From an uncultured delta proteobacterium (GTDB taxonomy: Bacteria > Desulfobacterota > Binatia > HRBIN30 > BPIQ01): 64,000 bases of DNA. Positions 63,417 through 64,000 of the stretch are shown here, one piece after another. The notes under the pieces were generated by a model. That model did not search any database. It was not told the DNA's origin and worked only from the letters and a program-made list of their open reading frames with translations. The DNA is taken from the NCBI GenBank assembly GCA_963761335.1, contig CAVXGR010000013.1:160001-224000 (forward strand). Direction: 5' to 3'. Within the stretch, counting starts at the first letter, position 1; each line of letters opens with the position of its first letter. A program made the translations under genes and the position numbers.

Positions 63417-64000
63417 TCACTCCATCGCCGCGGAGATCGAGCGATGGAAGTGGGCGAGTCCGGGCTCGTTGCGGCCGTAGATCACCGTCTCGGCGCCGCC
63501 GGCGTGAAAGCCGCGCTGGATCTGCTCGGCGATGACGAAGTCCTCTCTCTCCACGGCATTCACCAGCAGGTCGAAGTTCGCCTGGAAGTGCCGGCGGGCG
63601 CTGTGACTGGCCACCGGCTCCGGGGTGTACAGCGAGAAGACGATCTTGGCGGTGTCGACTCCGCCCGACCCCGGATAGGCCTGCACCACCTCGACGTGAT
63701 CCACCTGGTGGATGAGCATGGTGTTGGGAAAGATGTTGTACAGCACCACCGAGTGCTCGAACAGGTTCCACTCCGACTCCGGCTGTTCGCACGCCTGCGC
63801 AATCGAGCGCCGCGAGGCGACCATGCGGCTGCCGCGCCCGAAGGCGTCCCAGGCGGCCGCCGTTCCCAGGATCGCCGGGCTCAGCGTGCGCTTGTGCAGG
63901 CTCGGAACGTGGTAGGCCTCGAGAAAGGTGTCGATGACCAGCTTCCAGTTCATCGCCCGGGCGCTCTGGTGACGCGCGAAGGGCGCGTAGCCCTCGAGCC
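63417..64000 (-). CDS. Rieske ring-hydroxylating oxygenase alpha subunit, C-terminal part (5' end outside window)
   Basis: NWKLVIDTFLEAYHVPSLH mononuclear-iron motif, FPN, ED...EQIQRG. Confidence 0.85.
   Translation of the reverse strand, partial: LEGYAPFARHQSARAMNWKLVIDTFLEAYHVPSLHKRTLSPAILGTAAAWDAFGRGSRMVASRRSIAQACEQPESEWNLFEHSVVLYNIFPNTMLIHQVDHVEVVQAYPGSGGVDTAKIVFSLYTPEPVASHSARRHFQANFDLLVNAVEREDFVIAEQIQRGFHAGGAETVIYGRNEPGLAHFHRSISAAME

Overview
GC-rich bacterial chromosomal segment. Gene order and protein styles suggest a deltaproteobacterial-type organism, possibly Candidatus Binatia (inference only). 1-21.5 kb is the origin-proximal housekeeping block on the minus strand: gpsA, a small Cys/His protein, rpmH-rnpA-yidD-yidC-jag-mnmE-mnmG-rsmG, two parS sites, parA-parB-bactofilin, atpF'FHAGDC, alaS, phoH and ybeY. 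dnaA is absent from its usual position next to rpmH. The rest mixes housekeeping genes (thiD, hemL-atpZ/I/B/E, thrH, nagZ, asd, Hsp20 pair) with many secreted or lipid-anchored, Thr/Pro-linker-rich proteins. The strongest novel candidate is a cohesin/dockerin-like surface assembly with no cellulases. It comprises a ~1600-aa scaffoldin-like protein (three cohesin-like modules plus DUF11-like Ig repeats, broken by five frameshifts), an adjacent dockerin-tailed FG-GAP protein, and two more dockerin-like-headed paralogues. The paralogues sit beside an STT3/AglB-type oligosaccharyltransferase and an orphan MurG. Other highlights: an rnpA frame that fully overlaps rpmH (Thermus-like), a Geobacter-like aromatic-rich pilin behind a sigma-54 promoter, a giant NHL-repeat lipoprotein with two c-type haem motifs, and intergenic palindromes built from ~8-nt units. 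All calls come from motif recognition by eye; no database searches were run.
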